Assembly: GCA_964247055.1 (NCBI GenBank)
Contig: OZ176054.1
Span: forward strand, 6,572,001 to 6,636,000
From: Paragordius varius
Taxonomy: Eukaryota > Animalia > Nematomorpha
Direction of reading: 5' to 3'
Length of the DNA: 64,000 nt
The position numbers and the translations under genes were made by a program. Below the pieces are notes generated by a model, which was given only the letters and a program-made list of their open reading frames with translations, ran no database searches and had not been told where the DNA came from. Below, one piece after another: positions 47,158-61,700 of this stretch. Within the stretch, counting starts at the first letter, position 1. Each line of letters starts with the position of its first letter.

Positions 47158-48164
47158 GGTGGGGTGATAAAAAAGTCGCACTTGATTTGTAAGCCAAGCG
47201 TGACAAGTTGAGCAATTTTACTTAAGCCATTAAGTGTACACGGTGATAAAAAACACTTAAGTCAAGTCTTTTGCTTATAAATGTAACATTTTTTGCCACC
47301 CAATTTGAATTTTACGGAAATTATTTTGATCATTTCCAGCCAAAATTTATGAATTAAAGCACAAAAAGATAAATAATTATACAATATGCATTTATTTAAG
47401 TTTTTCAAACTCATTGGCACGTATCTTATTTAATATTATAGAGTTTTCTAAATATTGAGCCAGGTAATAATTTTTAGATTGATGAAACCATTTGCCCTTA
47501 AAACACTTTCCATTATTTTACCACACTACTCATTTTGTTTGGAGTCCATTTGCAAATATAATGGAAAGATGTTTCAATATATCATATTATAATTTTTAAT
47601 TGATTATCAACATTACATTCGAAATAAATTTATAATCAAATAAATTCTTTACAGTTAATAGTGAAGTAACTTTTAACGTTTCATGAAACGAAGATATGAA
47701 TTTTTACAAGATTAATATTTAATTATTAATTTTAAGAAATTTTCGAAAATCAAATTTTTTTGAGTTCACTGAATTGATATATTTAGGATAATTTTATATG
47801 CCATATTAGCAGAGTTTTTCGATAAATTAATTCTCTTTTTCCACCCAATAAAAGGTTATTTAGCCAAAATTTATCAAATTAACAATTTATAGCATTAACA
47901 AAGGTTTGAATTACATATTAAACCTAAATTTTATACATAAATAGTTTCCAAAATAATTTTATCAATATTTTTAAATCTCTAAGGTGTGCCCTAAATCACA
48001 CTTGCAAAATCTTTAAGTTTTACTTGATCATATGATTTTTTATCACCTCCAAATCAAGTTTTCTTGCTTGACTTAAGTCGTGTAATGTTAATTTTTATAA
48101 CATGAAAGCAAGCCATGACTTGAAACACTTGCAAGTCAAGTCAAAAAAATTTTATCACCCCACT
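47158..48164. mobile_element. Probable ~1-kb non-autonomous DNA transposon
   Basis: Inverted ends GTGGGGTGATAAAAAA / TTTTATCACCCCACTG, with repeated CAAGTCAAG / GACTTGA subterminal motifs at both ends. Confidence 0.5.
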
Positions 48165-48380
48165 GTTTATGTTTTAAATATTTAAATGTTTATGTATTTT
48201 CAAATTAATTAGGCTATTTGAAACTTAAAAAATGGCACCAAAAATCAGAACAAATTGAAATAAATCTAGTCGGAACCGGAAACGGTCGTCGTTTAAGACT
48301 TTGTTATAATTTTTTTTCAATGTATATTATGAAATTTAGTAATGATATTATGAGCTAATGTAATAAACAATGGTGAAATT

Positions 48381-48620
48381 CAGAGGCGGATGTTTTTTTG
48401 GGGCCCGCATGAACCTATGATGGCGCAACACTTCCCCTCCATGGGTCCCCTTGCATTTTAAAAAATAATCAAATTCAAACCGGAGTCATAACCACTCATT
48501 AATGGGTGATTTTTTATGTATTATTTAAAATAATAACTTTTAAATGCCTATTTTTTGTGATACAATTAAATTTTTTTAATGACTCGTCACCCCTTCAACT
48601 ATGGAGCTCGTACCCCTCTG
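48381..48620. mobile_element. Probable hAT-type MITE
   Basis: Ends CAGAGGCGGAT / GTACCCCTCTG; 8-bp flanks GTGAAATT and CTTAAATT partly similar. Confidence 0.45.
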
Positions 48621-49152
48621 CTTAAATTTTAGTTTCCGGCTTCCCATGTCTATAACTTTAAGTAGTCAAGAATCGATATTATAAAATAAATTATTTGAAT
48701 GGATAAAAAGACGCTCATATTAATTTTTTAGATAAGAGCTAATTTTGGGGACAGAAGGATACAATTTACCTTTTTGCTTATATGTGCACAAGTTATGTGT
48801 AATATGATATATGCGGTATTATAAATGTTATATCTACCAAAGGTTTTTAAGACATATTATTTTCTAAGGTTATTCAGAAAATTTTGCTATGGTTGCCGTT
48901 TTCCAAAAAAAACTGGGTAATTTTTATTCACATGGTTTCAATATTCTTACAGTATTGATTTAATAAGCTATATGATCAAAATTGTAAATGAAACGAATCC
49001 ACATTTTTTGAATATTTTATTCATCATTCAATATCATTTCACGCATCATTTTTGCGAATTACTAGTTAAAAACATTATTTTTTAAACAAACTCATCATAT
49101 TTTACTCACAATTCGCTGAACGAATCAGGGGCCAAAAATATAATTGATTAGA

Positions 49153-50345
49153 CCAGGTGTTTATAAATTATTAGCAGTTTTTAGAAAAAATAGTTTTGTA
49201 AGGATATTCATTTATTTTATTCAAAAATCTCCATCAGCTTCTGAACTTTTCGTTCATCATGCGAATTCGTGTTAATCAGATGGCGCCAAAACAGGAGAGT
49301 TTAGAGGATACGGATAAATTTCGTATCGTAGCAATTTTAAGGTGTCTTACACTGGGTATGCTGCGTGAGACCAAGCATTGTCATGTACCTTTGCCATGTT
49401 TTCTGGCTCATTCCGGTTGTTGATCGATAAATTCATGGTTTCAATTGGGAGTTAGCCACTGTATTGTGTATTAACAATTTTACAAGACCTCAAAAATTTA
49501 TACCGTTTTACTCCCATAGACACATAGCATGGTCTTCCTGCCAAGGCGATTTGTTGGTATTAATGGACAGGCTTACACCATTTTTCAGCATTGGATTTGC
49601 ACAATAAGGCTATTCCTCATATTCGCCCCAATCGATTCCAAAATATTTTCTCGTTGAAACCGGATTCACTAGTCATTTTCCGATTTTCAATTTGCCTTTC
49701 ATTGTATTGAATCCATCTATTTCCATAGCTTTTAGACATCTATTGATTGTTTTTTATGATAGATGTATTGTGGCGATTGCGGTAGAATATCAGTTGAGTC
49801 TTATCCAATAACTCTTGCATTTGATCATTTTTGAGTTGATTGTTCTACCAGAGTTCCCACACTCCTTCACATGAACATTTTTAATATTAGAAACCATATT
49901 TTACATGTGTTAGCAGAGATACCATATATTTCTGCGAACAAACGATATGACTACTTGTTTATACATCTATTTTCATTTAAAACAATATTTTAATTTATAA
50001 AAACCATCTTTTTATTCAAAAACAGCATAAGAAGCATTTTTTAAAAGAAGATTAGAACATTGTCCTAAAATTACATAATATCCACTCATCCACCATATAT
50101 TTCTGCGAGCAAACGATAACCATCAGCCTTTTTCTACTAGTAGCAATCCAGCCGTAAATGTTCTTTTGGCATAAAATTTGACATGATTATTCAATGTAAA
50201 ACACTAGTTTTTGGTGAATTCTAATTGTGGGTGTTTGTAGTTTAATTCCAGTTAAATAAAATAGAGTCTGTCACAGATTACGTCTGCGTACTTTTAGCTG
50301 AAGCCCTCTTTGTTAAACCGGTAACCTAGTATATTTCTACCATGG
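49153..50345 (-). mobile_element. Decayed mariner transposon, same family, with an internal duplication/insertion
   Basis: Minus-strand remnants MSNFMPKEHLR..KKADGYRLLAEIYG, NTCKIWF, TNRLGRK, YPLNSPVLAPSD, ADGDF*. The 5' UTR matches 24450..24490. Mos1-like CCAGGTGT end at 49153. 27-bp direct repeat at ~49921 and ~50091. Ends approximate. Confidence 0.78.
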
Positions 50346-52061
50346 TGATTTTGGTTTTTGATCTTATGTGTATAAAAACTTATATTATCTTTTATCTATA
50401 ATTTTAAATCGAAATTTGGCGCACATATTGTAAAATAGATGCTTTCTTTGACATCAAATTTTTAATTAATGTTAAGTTAAAATTAAAAGGCTGAACGGTT
50501 GCATATTTTTTATATATTTTTGTTTTGTCGGCAAAAACTAATTTTCAAAACGTTCGTTAGGTTTGTTACCATAGTAAAAAAGACAGGATTTAGTGATACT
50601 TTTCCTACGCTAAATCCCAATCCAAATCAATTTTAATCTACAGACAATTACTTTAAATATCAAATTAGCGAGTTTGTAATGACGCAAATTTAAGGTAATA
50701 TAAAACATACATGATATTTATAATTGATAACATCTTTTTTCACGTTTTTTGTGGCTGATTTTTAGCATTTCAGAATTTGGATTTGATAATTTGTTTGCCA
50801 CTAAATTTTGCACATTTTCTTGAGAGAACAATTACATAAATTATATGGTGGCATTTAAGCTGATAAATCAAACTATGGTGATAGAAATCTTCATAAATAT
50901 TTTGTTATCTAGAAAGAGTGTTCATATCAATATCTTTGAAAGTGTATATATAAACCTTATAATAGGCTTAAATAAAAAATTTGTTGAATGTTAGGATCTT
51001 TTTACAAAAATAACCGCTTCATCCCGGCTGTTTTGTGTTTTCATTAATGCCAATCTCTTAAAATTGTCCAGCTTTTGCTCAGACATTGTTAAACTCATGA
51101 AAATTAGAATATATTTTACCAAAAAAATTATTTTATCAGCATAATTTTTCATTCGCATTCTATTGTTATACATCTTCAAGGTTAAGGTAAAAAAATAAAG
51201 ATGCATTTAACATCTTCATACAAGAGTTTATTGAAACTACTAGACTTCTAAAATGACAGTAAATGCAGTAAAAATTTTATGTTAGAAAATAGAGTCATCA
51301 ATTTATATCAAAATTTAGCATTTTGTGAAATTTTTATGATTATCCTTAATATAGCATATATATTTTTTTGATTGATTTCCAATCAACAATAAGTTGTCGA
51401 AAATTGCGAACTAGGAAGCAAAAATGATAAATTATTTTAAATTTTTATATATAATGCAGAGATCTCTTTATTAAAATATATTTATTCTTATTTTCATTCA
51501 AGAGAGCAATCATCATTATGATTGGGAATTTTAGATTCTAAATAACACCTATATACATTTTACTATAAATAAGATAGTGTAAATACTACCTAAAAGTATA
51601 ATATTAAGGTTTGTTACATAAATACTGTTATTCATCTTCATCGATTGATCAATGCAATGACAAAAATAAAAAGTACACATAATTTTCAAGCATCGAGGCA
51701 GGGACACTGTTAGTTTTGAATTATTGAAAAAAATGAATCCATTTTGTTAAAAGCTTTTTACCAACACTGTTGTTAATTTTAATTATCAAAATTTGGATTA
51801 CTAATTTAACGTTGTAGCATCCATATTCCATCAAATATGTAAAAATTTGAAAAGTACATTATATCCAAAATATTGTAAACACCACTCATAATTATTTTTT
51901 TGACATTAGTGATGATATTGATACCAAATTAATACTATCATTTGCAATCTGGACTTATCATTAAAAACTATTCATTTTTTGATTTCTAAACAATACTGGA
52001 CTAAATTATTTTAACACTCTCCGTTACCTAAAAATACATCCCAAATCTAAAGCTCTTTCGG

Positions 52062-55000
52062 ATGTATATTAAACTTTCTTTGGATTTCTTTGTATCCCAA
52101 CTAAATTTTATTATTCTACTTGTTTGTCATCTAGGTAAATATTTTAAAAAAAATTTGCTTTGTTTTGTATAGGATAATGTGACCAGATATTTTAAACTTT
52201 GACTCAGTACAAAATTAAAACATATATGCCTGTTTTTACACCATTGGTTTGGTATATTACACAGTTTCCACAAAAAATATCCTGATAAATATACATATTC
52301 TGATAGGAAAATATAAGGATTATCATGGTGCTTTTGGTTTTAACCTTTACGAGTTATTAAAGAAAGTTATTTACTATTTTGTTGAAGGTGCTCCTTATAA
52401 AATTGCAATAGGTGCGCAATTTTTTTTATATTTTTTGGTGAAGGTTGAATGCTTTAAATTTGACTAAAATATAACATAAACTACATATAAAAACAAAACA
52501 ATATTTTTAAAAATTTTAAATTTTAAGATGTGAGCTCTGAAAATCCCAAATTTTTTCGTTCTTTTATAATAGACTGTTCTCTAAAAATAAACGCGAAAAT
52601 TCCGACATCTGTAAATAATTTTAAATATATTCTAAATTTTGATATCAACTAAATATATTTTTTAAAATATGCATACTTCAAAAAAAATTTAACAAATTTT
52701 TGTTAAAGCATACTTCATATTATTTTCATGATGGAAACGATATAAATGGTTGATTTATAACATTTTAGATAAAGAATTTAATAATGTTAAACATATTTCT
52801 CACTCAGAATTTTAATTAAAATATTCGTTTGTTTTCAATGTTTAATAAAAAATGTTTTTTAGAAAAATTCACCAAAATGTGCAAGCAAACAAACCTTTAA
52901 ATTAAAATTCCGAATGTTTAACATCAATTTAGAAAAAGGGTTTCATTTAATCTTAAAGCGTTATACCGTTTCCATCATGCATCAAAATCGTTAGAAGTAC
53001 GCTTCAACAAAATATCTCCAATTTGTTTATGCTAAAAAATAAGAAAACTAATAAGAATAAAGATTAGGAAAAATATAAGTAGTATCATACCTCCCAACTA
53101 ATGAGTTAAAACGTACAAAACTCTAAATTTTTTAATACGAAAAAAAGGTTATTTCGAAATCATATGCTTATATAACAAATTTTATATAGTATGTTACGAG
53201 AATAACAATTTTCTATATTATTATCCGTTTGATAATTATAACAAAATGTGAACTTTATAAACTTGATCAAACATTCTTTAAAATACCATATTGTTAATTT
53301 TGATTTTGGGGCTCCTCTTTTTGCGAAAGCCCTGAGTGAAAGAACAATTAGCCCGAATCTCACGATGGAGTCCGAGATTTAAAGTTTCGCCACTTCTCGA
53401 AAGGCTGCAATCATAAGCGGTTTAATCGATTTAAAATCCAATTTTATGTATAATTCGAGCAGAAAATAAAATATTAACCAATTAAAAATAGACCAATCTT
53501 AGTTTTTTACCGCAAAATGAACCATTACTTTACAAAATATGGGGTTATTTTTACACAGGTTACTATAACAAATTCTAAAATATTTTTTTAAATAAATAAA
53601 AGGTAATTATATATATTCATAAATAATTTTTTTAATTTCAAAAAGCAGTACAAAAGTGGGCGCAGTACAGTCGCAGTTTTTTTCTGAAAATCCAGTACTG
53701 TACTGCGAAAAACAGCCTATCTGGTCACATTAGTATAGGACCAAATTTGTATATAGAACAAAAGCTTTTTAAATTTAATTTGTAAAGTCAAATTGTCTAA
53801 TTAATGATAATATATTTAGCTGTTAGTACCAATATATCAATATAACAAGTTACCATCGCATGATTAAATTGTGTAAGTTTTAATATATGAATCTTGGTAA
53901 AGTAGTTAATTAGCTCAAAAAGCTTCTCACGTCTTTTCAGTCATAAAGCTGATGTTTTAATACTAACATCCTGCATCATTTTAATTGTTAGTATCGAGAT
54001 TTTTGTTTAGATGAACATCTCCTTTAAACATGCTCAAGCTGATATATCACACACTAATAAATTGTAGTATGTATCATCACAATCTGAGCCTAAATAATAA
54101 TATAAATTTTGATTCGGCAAAAAAATTTAATAATAGATATATTTGCCACTCCATTACCTTTTGGGGTAGTTAATATACCAGGGCGATTTGAAATTTGAAT
54201 ATAAGTCTTTAAGATATCCGAATTTTAAATATGCTTTCTTTAGCCTTTTAGGCACATACAAAATTTTTTTTTCAAAAAACGAAAATTGTAAAAAATCCTC
54301 ATTTCAAACTTTTTTGCCGTCATTTTTTTCTATTATTTAAATCGCTACTGCAAAATGTATATTATGGTTAAAAATGTAAATTAACTTTCAGGCTATATTT
54401 AACCATTAAATTGATATATTTGATTTTAAAATCAGCTGTTCTTTTAATTGTCTTTTGAAGCTGTCCCAATTTTAGACTCTAGAACTCACAAAACTGTAAA
54501 AACATAAAGTTTTTTACCTAATACATCAGAGCAATGTTTGATAATTAATTTTTAACTAATATAATTTTTACTGTAGTTTATTTATAAAATGGAGAGGGTA
54601 AACTACCCAAATGGTTAACTAGGTCAAAAAATTGAAGTAATAAATGTTAAAAAATATAAAAAACAAAAAATTTATATATTTTAATTTATGAATTTATTAA
54701 AAACATAAAATTAATTAAAGTTTTAAAAAATATAATATACTAGCGTAAATCTCGTGCTGCTACGCAGCCCGAGGAAGTCCTTCGGACTTCTGGGGAGGGG
54801 GGGTTCGAAGTTTGGATTAGAATGGGTCTACCCGTTTTCCTGTAGCAGATCACAAAGTTACATGAGAAATCAGTTTTTAGCGGGTAACTCCCTACCCAGC
54901 AGCTATCATCAAAGAAGCGCCTGACTAAAATTTTTGCCTTTTAACAGGGAATACGTGGAATCCATATTGAATTTTTACGGTCTCATACCTAGGGCGAAAA

Positions 55001-57415
55001 ATAGATTTAAAAAATTATTTTTGTGGGCTTTGTTTTTTGAAAAAAATGTTATATTTACGAGATTGGGTCATTATATTTATACATTTTTTTAAAATTTAAT
55101 CACCCAATCGAATAATTGAGAACTTACAATTATGCATAAAATCAAGGGTTAAATTATTTTAACTCTCCGATCTTCCTTTGAATATAATTTTTAAGGCATT
55201 GGTTTGTGTGCCTTAAAAAATTTAACGAATTGTATTCCATACACTCTATTTTAAAGGTGAATGACAAAAAAAAGTTATAAAAAATAATTTTAACATAATT
55301 GACATTTTTACAAAATGAAAATATCACTTTATATATGATTTTAAGTCAAATAATCCAGACATTTATTTAGTATACCAGAAGTTTTCGGTAAGTTAATTAT
55401 ATAAAGAGGCATGATTAAAAATGGATAAGGTTTATGCAACAAGATGAATCCGCATTAGATTTTCACTTTCCTAATGTGCATTCATCGATTTTTTGTAAAA
55501 ATATGAAAATTTTAGAATTTATGCTTATAATATTTATATGATAAAAGTTATCAATATTTTTCGTTTAATATTTGACTTTAAGTTATTTTCTAAAAATATC
55601 TTGATTTAAAATCAAAATAAAGTTAACTTAAATAGATGTTTTATCCTATCAAGGGCTGTGCATCATATAATACCGATAAATATTTTATAGTTGTGTGACA
55701 CATTTGCAGGTTATTAAACTCAAGATTAATACATCAAAAACTCAATAATATAGGGCCATAAAAAAGCACTATTCATAGGGACGCATGCGTGTGCCGCGGT
55801 TTAAGTACTACTGCCCTAGATCTTCTTAGATTACGATTTTGGAGAATTTTTTAAATGATATATATCTTATTTAAATATTTAAATTCTTCTTGTATAAATT
55901 GAAAAATATTAAAGTTAAGAGTCATTCATATTTAGACTCATATCCTAAATATTTATTACCACTTATATTGATACCATTTGGGGATTAGGTTTGATTTTTT
56001 TCACAGGTCCAAATTGACAGAAATGCATTTTTTATAGGTTAGAAAACTTTTGGGTTTTATAGAGAATCAAAAGATTTTACATATAATATATAAACCATAT
56101 ACAGTTCAAATTCACCCTTGAAAATTCACCCTGAACAATTCAAATTCATACTAAAATAAATTATGTGTTTTTAAAAGTTAAAAATTATCCATATTTTTTA
56201 ATATTTTAAAAAAACGAAATTCGTTTAAAATTATAATGCTGAAAAAATAATAAACTGTGCCATAAGAATATATTTCATAATATGATGAGTTATATTACGA
56301 AAATAGATCATTTATTTTTAGGGTGCATTTGAATTTTAGGGTGAACTTGAAATGTTAGAGAGGGTGTATTGGAATTGTTCAAGGGTGAATTTGAATTGTG
56401 AATGGTATATATTGGTAACCTACTTTTAAAAATATAAAAAAACTCTTTAAAAAGATCAATATATTATAAGAATGCAGATTACGTGCTTATATATAACCTG
56501 ATATGATGAAGAATTGAATTCATACATAAAAAATTACTTTAAGTACACAATATTTCACAATATTGTTGCCATTAACTCACCCTACTACTAACACCTTAAC
56601 TATAGTTTTTAATTTTTATCGAATTTACCACAAATATAAAAACAGATCCAAATATAATTATTTAGACGTGAGATTAGAATTGATATTTTTATCTTTTATT
56701 TTCCATGGTGAATTTATTATTAAAAAGATACATAATTTTAATATAAAACTATGTTTTTAAGCAATATAAATTATCCATATTCAGTTTACATTATTTAATG
56801 AGTTATTTATATTCACCATGTATGTAAAAGTATAAAAAAACTCAATAAATGTTAGGTGATTGACCACACCTAGTCGACAGGTTTTTTACTGTGTTTAATT
56901 AATAATCCAAGTTAGTTGAGATTGTAACCTCTTTTAAGCCATATATTAGACAATTGATGGTTTCCAGATAATCTCAAAGTCATTTAAAAATTGGTCATCA
57001 TCCTATAAAAAAACTCATGTAATGTTTTATCTGCCTTACATCCGAAAAAAATTATCATAAATTCTAAATTTAACTCAACTATATTTATAGAGAATTATGA
57101 AAAAGAAACATTTAGAATAAATTAAAAATTGTTTATGGGACAACCACTTTAGAAGAATTTTAAAACGTAGGATTTGGAAAGGTCATAATAAAAAATCAAA
57201 TTTTATATAAGGGCTTAAATCAGTCACATTACAAGATTTTAATTGATATCAATAATTTTTATATTAGTTATGGCATATTACCTAAATGCTTTAATTTTTT
57301 ATACAATTCTAAAAACAAGCGCATATTTTACCCAAAATTCTTCCCATAAAATTCCAATCAATTTATCAAATCAAAGTAATAATAAATATTAATCCCATAT
57401 TTTAAAATTACAACA

Positions 57416-57461
<46 letters not shown>

Positions 57462-58670
57462 CTTATTTTTTTCTGGTTAAAGCGAAATCCAATAGAATAC
57501 TAATACAATGGTTTTTTAAAAAATTTTAAATTTAATTTAAGTTTATTAAATTATAAATATAATTTATTTCAAATTGACCTTTATATAAATTTGAATTTTG
57601 TGTTAGCCTTTTTTTCTCGGAATATGAAAAAAATATTATACTAATTTGTTTTGTCCATTAATGGTCAACATAATGTCACATAAATCATAGTTCTGCGATT
57701 TAAAATCTTTTTTTCTTTAAAATAAAAGATTTTTCGATAAAAATTGTTTTGTATATTAGTCTCGTTTGGAAAATTCGATGAAACCGAATACAAATTGGTC
57801 GGGTATTTAATGTCGGATTATAATAGACACATAAGACCTTCAATCAAATCTGATCAACCCATTAATGTTTCGTTCGGACTATCGTTAACTCAAATTATCA
57901 ATGTGGTATGCCATAATACTTTATTTAGACTAATCTGTTAAACTGTTATAAAAATGCGTATTAATAAAGCGTTTTTATTTTTATTATTTAAAAATCATAA
58001 AATGCTATCACCCATTTAAAAGTGGTCGTACCACCAGTTGAAGTGTCCCCCATACTTAATTTCAGTAGCAAATTGTTTGGTTTGCATTTACATGCTTGAC
58101 AGTTTTTATTTGGTTGTTCAAAATAGTGGGGTATCACCCACTCCATTTCGTAAAAAATATGATATAAAACCATAATGTAATTGTGATGCTTACGGTTTTT
58201 GACTTTATTCTAAAATTAAGTAATAATCGTTGATAAATACATATTTTAAGATAAAATTAAATATACTTGTTATTTTTTACAGGATGAACGAAACCAAGTC
58301 TTGACAACAAGCTGTTGGTTAAACCAGGTATATTTATTGAAAAAGTCCTTTTTTATCATTGAATATGTTAACATGATTGAAAATAAAAATCATAAAAACA
58401 TGGCAATGGTTATTTATAGATAAGTGCATTAAGCGCTGGAATTTTCTAAAATTCGCATTCATTTTAAAAATTTATACCATTCTAACAAAATAAGGTATAT
58501 AATTTATTATATTGTTAAGCGTATTTGTATTAACAATATATATCTATTAGTAGAAAAGAATTAGGGTTTGGATACAAAGCCAAATATCGGGTGATATTTA
58601 AGTTTTGTAGAAAAAGTGTTAGGTTTCAAATTAAATTGGGCTATTTTCAAACTTATCAAATAACCATAAC

Positions 58671-58702
<32 letters not shown>

Positions 58703-61700
58703 TTATTCTAAAGGCATGGATTGATTTTAAATTAAGATGGGATCCCGCAGATTATGCCAACATTTCTGTGATACGATTACCTGAAAATGCAATTTGGAAA
58801 CCCGATATAATACTCTATAACAAGTGCTACAATTAAATATTTTAATCTACATTTTAATAGCCAACCAAAATTAGGGTTGAGCTCACCCGTCAAATTAAAT
58901 TCAATTTTATGTTCGTATAGGTGACCGCTTCTAAAATTACCAGTTAAATGTAATCATCATGTGATATAAATGTATGAATGGTATAAAGCTAAAACATGTA
59001 GAGAATCCACCTTATACACTATTAAAGGTTGATTGGTGAATTTCCATTTTTTTATTTAAACATTGTATCGTGGTCTAATACAATCACTGCATTCATAAAC
59101 GGTTACACCGGTTTAGCCCGTCGAGAACTCAGCCATAACTATTACTACCATATATAATTAAACAATAAAAAATTATGAAAGAATTAAAACAAAAACTCAG
59201 GAGACGGCCTCAAAATAAGATAGTAGAATACCAACAAGCTTTAAACTTTTTGGCAACGCCTTCTACACTATATTTGATTATGGGATAAAATGAATGGCTG
59301 TTATATTTTTTGTCGCCCATATAATTTATTATTCTTAATTAGCTTAGATCAAAACTACAAAGATGCCACATTATCCACCTATGCCATCGTAACTTCAGAT
59401 GGAAACGTAACTTTGCTTTCAGCTGTAATTTTTCACAGTTCGTGTCGAATCAGTGTGCGTTATTTCCCTTTCGATGAGCAAAATTGTTCGATGAAATTTG
59501 CTTCGTGGACGTATGACGGCTACCAAATAAATTTAATTCAGCCATCGGAGGATGCAGACTTATCCAATTATGTGCCTAATGGGGAATGGGAGCTTATAAG
59601 CATGAACGTAAGTTTGATGTTATTTAAAATAAAAAAAATCGAGGAATTCGCAATATAAAAAATTTATCAATTACAATTGATTAACACTGTAACAAAACAT
59701 ACATTAATTTTAAATATCTTATAATAGTTGGAACGAAACGTTGTTTACTACAGTTGTTGTGTAGAACCGTATCCAGATCTTACCTTTCATTTGCGGTTAC
59801 GACGACGGCCTCTATTTTACATATTTAACTTTGTAGTTCCTTGTGTCTTAATATCAGCTTTGGCCCTTTTAGGGTTTTTAATGCCTTGTGATTCGGGGGA
59901 AAAGGTAACTTTGGGAATAACGACCTTACTTTCCATGACTGTTTTTATGATGCTAGTTGCAGAAAGTATGCCCCCAACTTCTGAGGAGTTGCCACTTATT
60001 GGTAATATATTTTATAAAAATTAAGGACATTATGCAACTAATGATTGAAAAGGGATTATTACACCTTATACAAACTTTAAAAACATTTATTGAGTGATAC
60101 AATTTTACATCAATGTAAGTAAACTAATTTGTTCTTGTATTAGGTATATATTATGGTGTAACCATAGCCATAGTTTCCCTTGCTACTGCCATGACGGTTT
60201 TTACCCTAAATTTGCACCATAGAGGGATTCGAGGTAAACCCGTACCCAATATTATAAAGGTCATCGCTTTTAAATATTTAGCCAAACTGGTTCTCCTTAA
60301 AATAGATCGCATAGATTTCAAGCATCTCTACTTCAGTGCATGCACAAATGTTATGGTATATCCAACTATTATTATTGCTATAAAAAATATAAAAACAATA
60401 AAGGAATAGTTTCAGAAGCATCATATATATATATATATATAACGGACATTTCGGGCGTCATAATTAGGGATTATTTTGCCTTTGTGTTTTAAGTATTAAT
60501 ATATGGTTGATTAGACATCTATCTCACCGTTATAACTATTTAATAATTATTATAAATTATTTAATTTCCAGCAACAATCTGATGTTACAAGCCACACCTC
60601 GAGTCTTGATTTTGTAAGCCCTGTTTCACAACAAAACTGCTTTCTTGATGGACAAAACGAAAACGTATCATTGATTAGAGGATGCCAATCCGATTTCGGA
60701 AATTCAAAGTTACAGCATCATACCTTTTCCATGAGTTGTGTGCACCATAAAAATAATAATATAAATATTTCACCATCACCAAGATCTTCGTTTTTAAAGT
60801 TAAAGGCTAACCTTGGTGTCAAAGGTAATAAGGTTTCGACGGAAAAAGAGAAACGTAATATTTTTCAAACTATATGGAACATTAATAAACGAAGTAGCGG
60901 GCTGAAATACAATGGAGAAGAACTGTATAATCTTTCAGACTCTCCTGCTTTTATAACATGGTCTGAAGAAAGCCTGTTTAGCAGAAAGTCCCGAACTACT
61001 AATTCAACTAAAAATTCTACGTTTCTAACTAGCGTTTCCTTTTCATCCCCTTTGGAAAGCAAAAGCAATGAAATATTATCTAGCATAAGCAATGCCAATT
61101 TAGGGACTAAATCATCCACAAATTTTGAAAATAAAGGACATAATCATGCCAATTATAATCCAATGCAAATCACGTCGACTAGTTTGAATTTAAAAAAATA
61201 CAAATGCAAAGCAACGGAATGTTTGTTAACGCATTCTCTGACGCAACATTGTCATACTCCGGTATTTTTTGATTTACGCTCAAAATGGTTTTCATAGAAT
61301 TAGCTCATTATATTATGCTATAGGTTAAATTTTGGATCTAACTGATTTGTTTGCCTATTTATAGAGCATTACAATCATAACTAGGGTTGAAGTTATTTAT
61401 TGTCATAACCAAGTTTACATCATAATTATGTCGTAACCAAATAAATACTTTATAAAATTTGGTATATCACTACAACTCTGAATTTATAAAATATTACGTG
61501 GTAGTCATATGGTTATCTACCTATTTTTACAAGCGATTACCTTCATGATCACATCGAATCCTATTATTTACAATCACTTATTAATTTTGTTTAGTAAACC
61601 CTATGAGAGTTCACCTAATAAACAATTAAGGTGCCTTTTACTCTAATTGTAATGTAAAATTACATACACATTACTTAATCCAAATAGATATTTTCATTGG

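Noticed and set aside
50991-51206. ORF 50991..51206 (-) with weak resemblance to the hAT C-terminal dimerisation motif (TMSEQKLDN..LAL)
   Set aside because: Similarity too slight to call by eye, and no other transposase motifs nearby.
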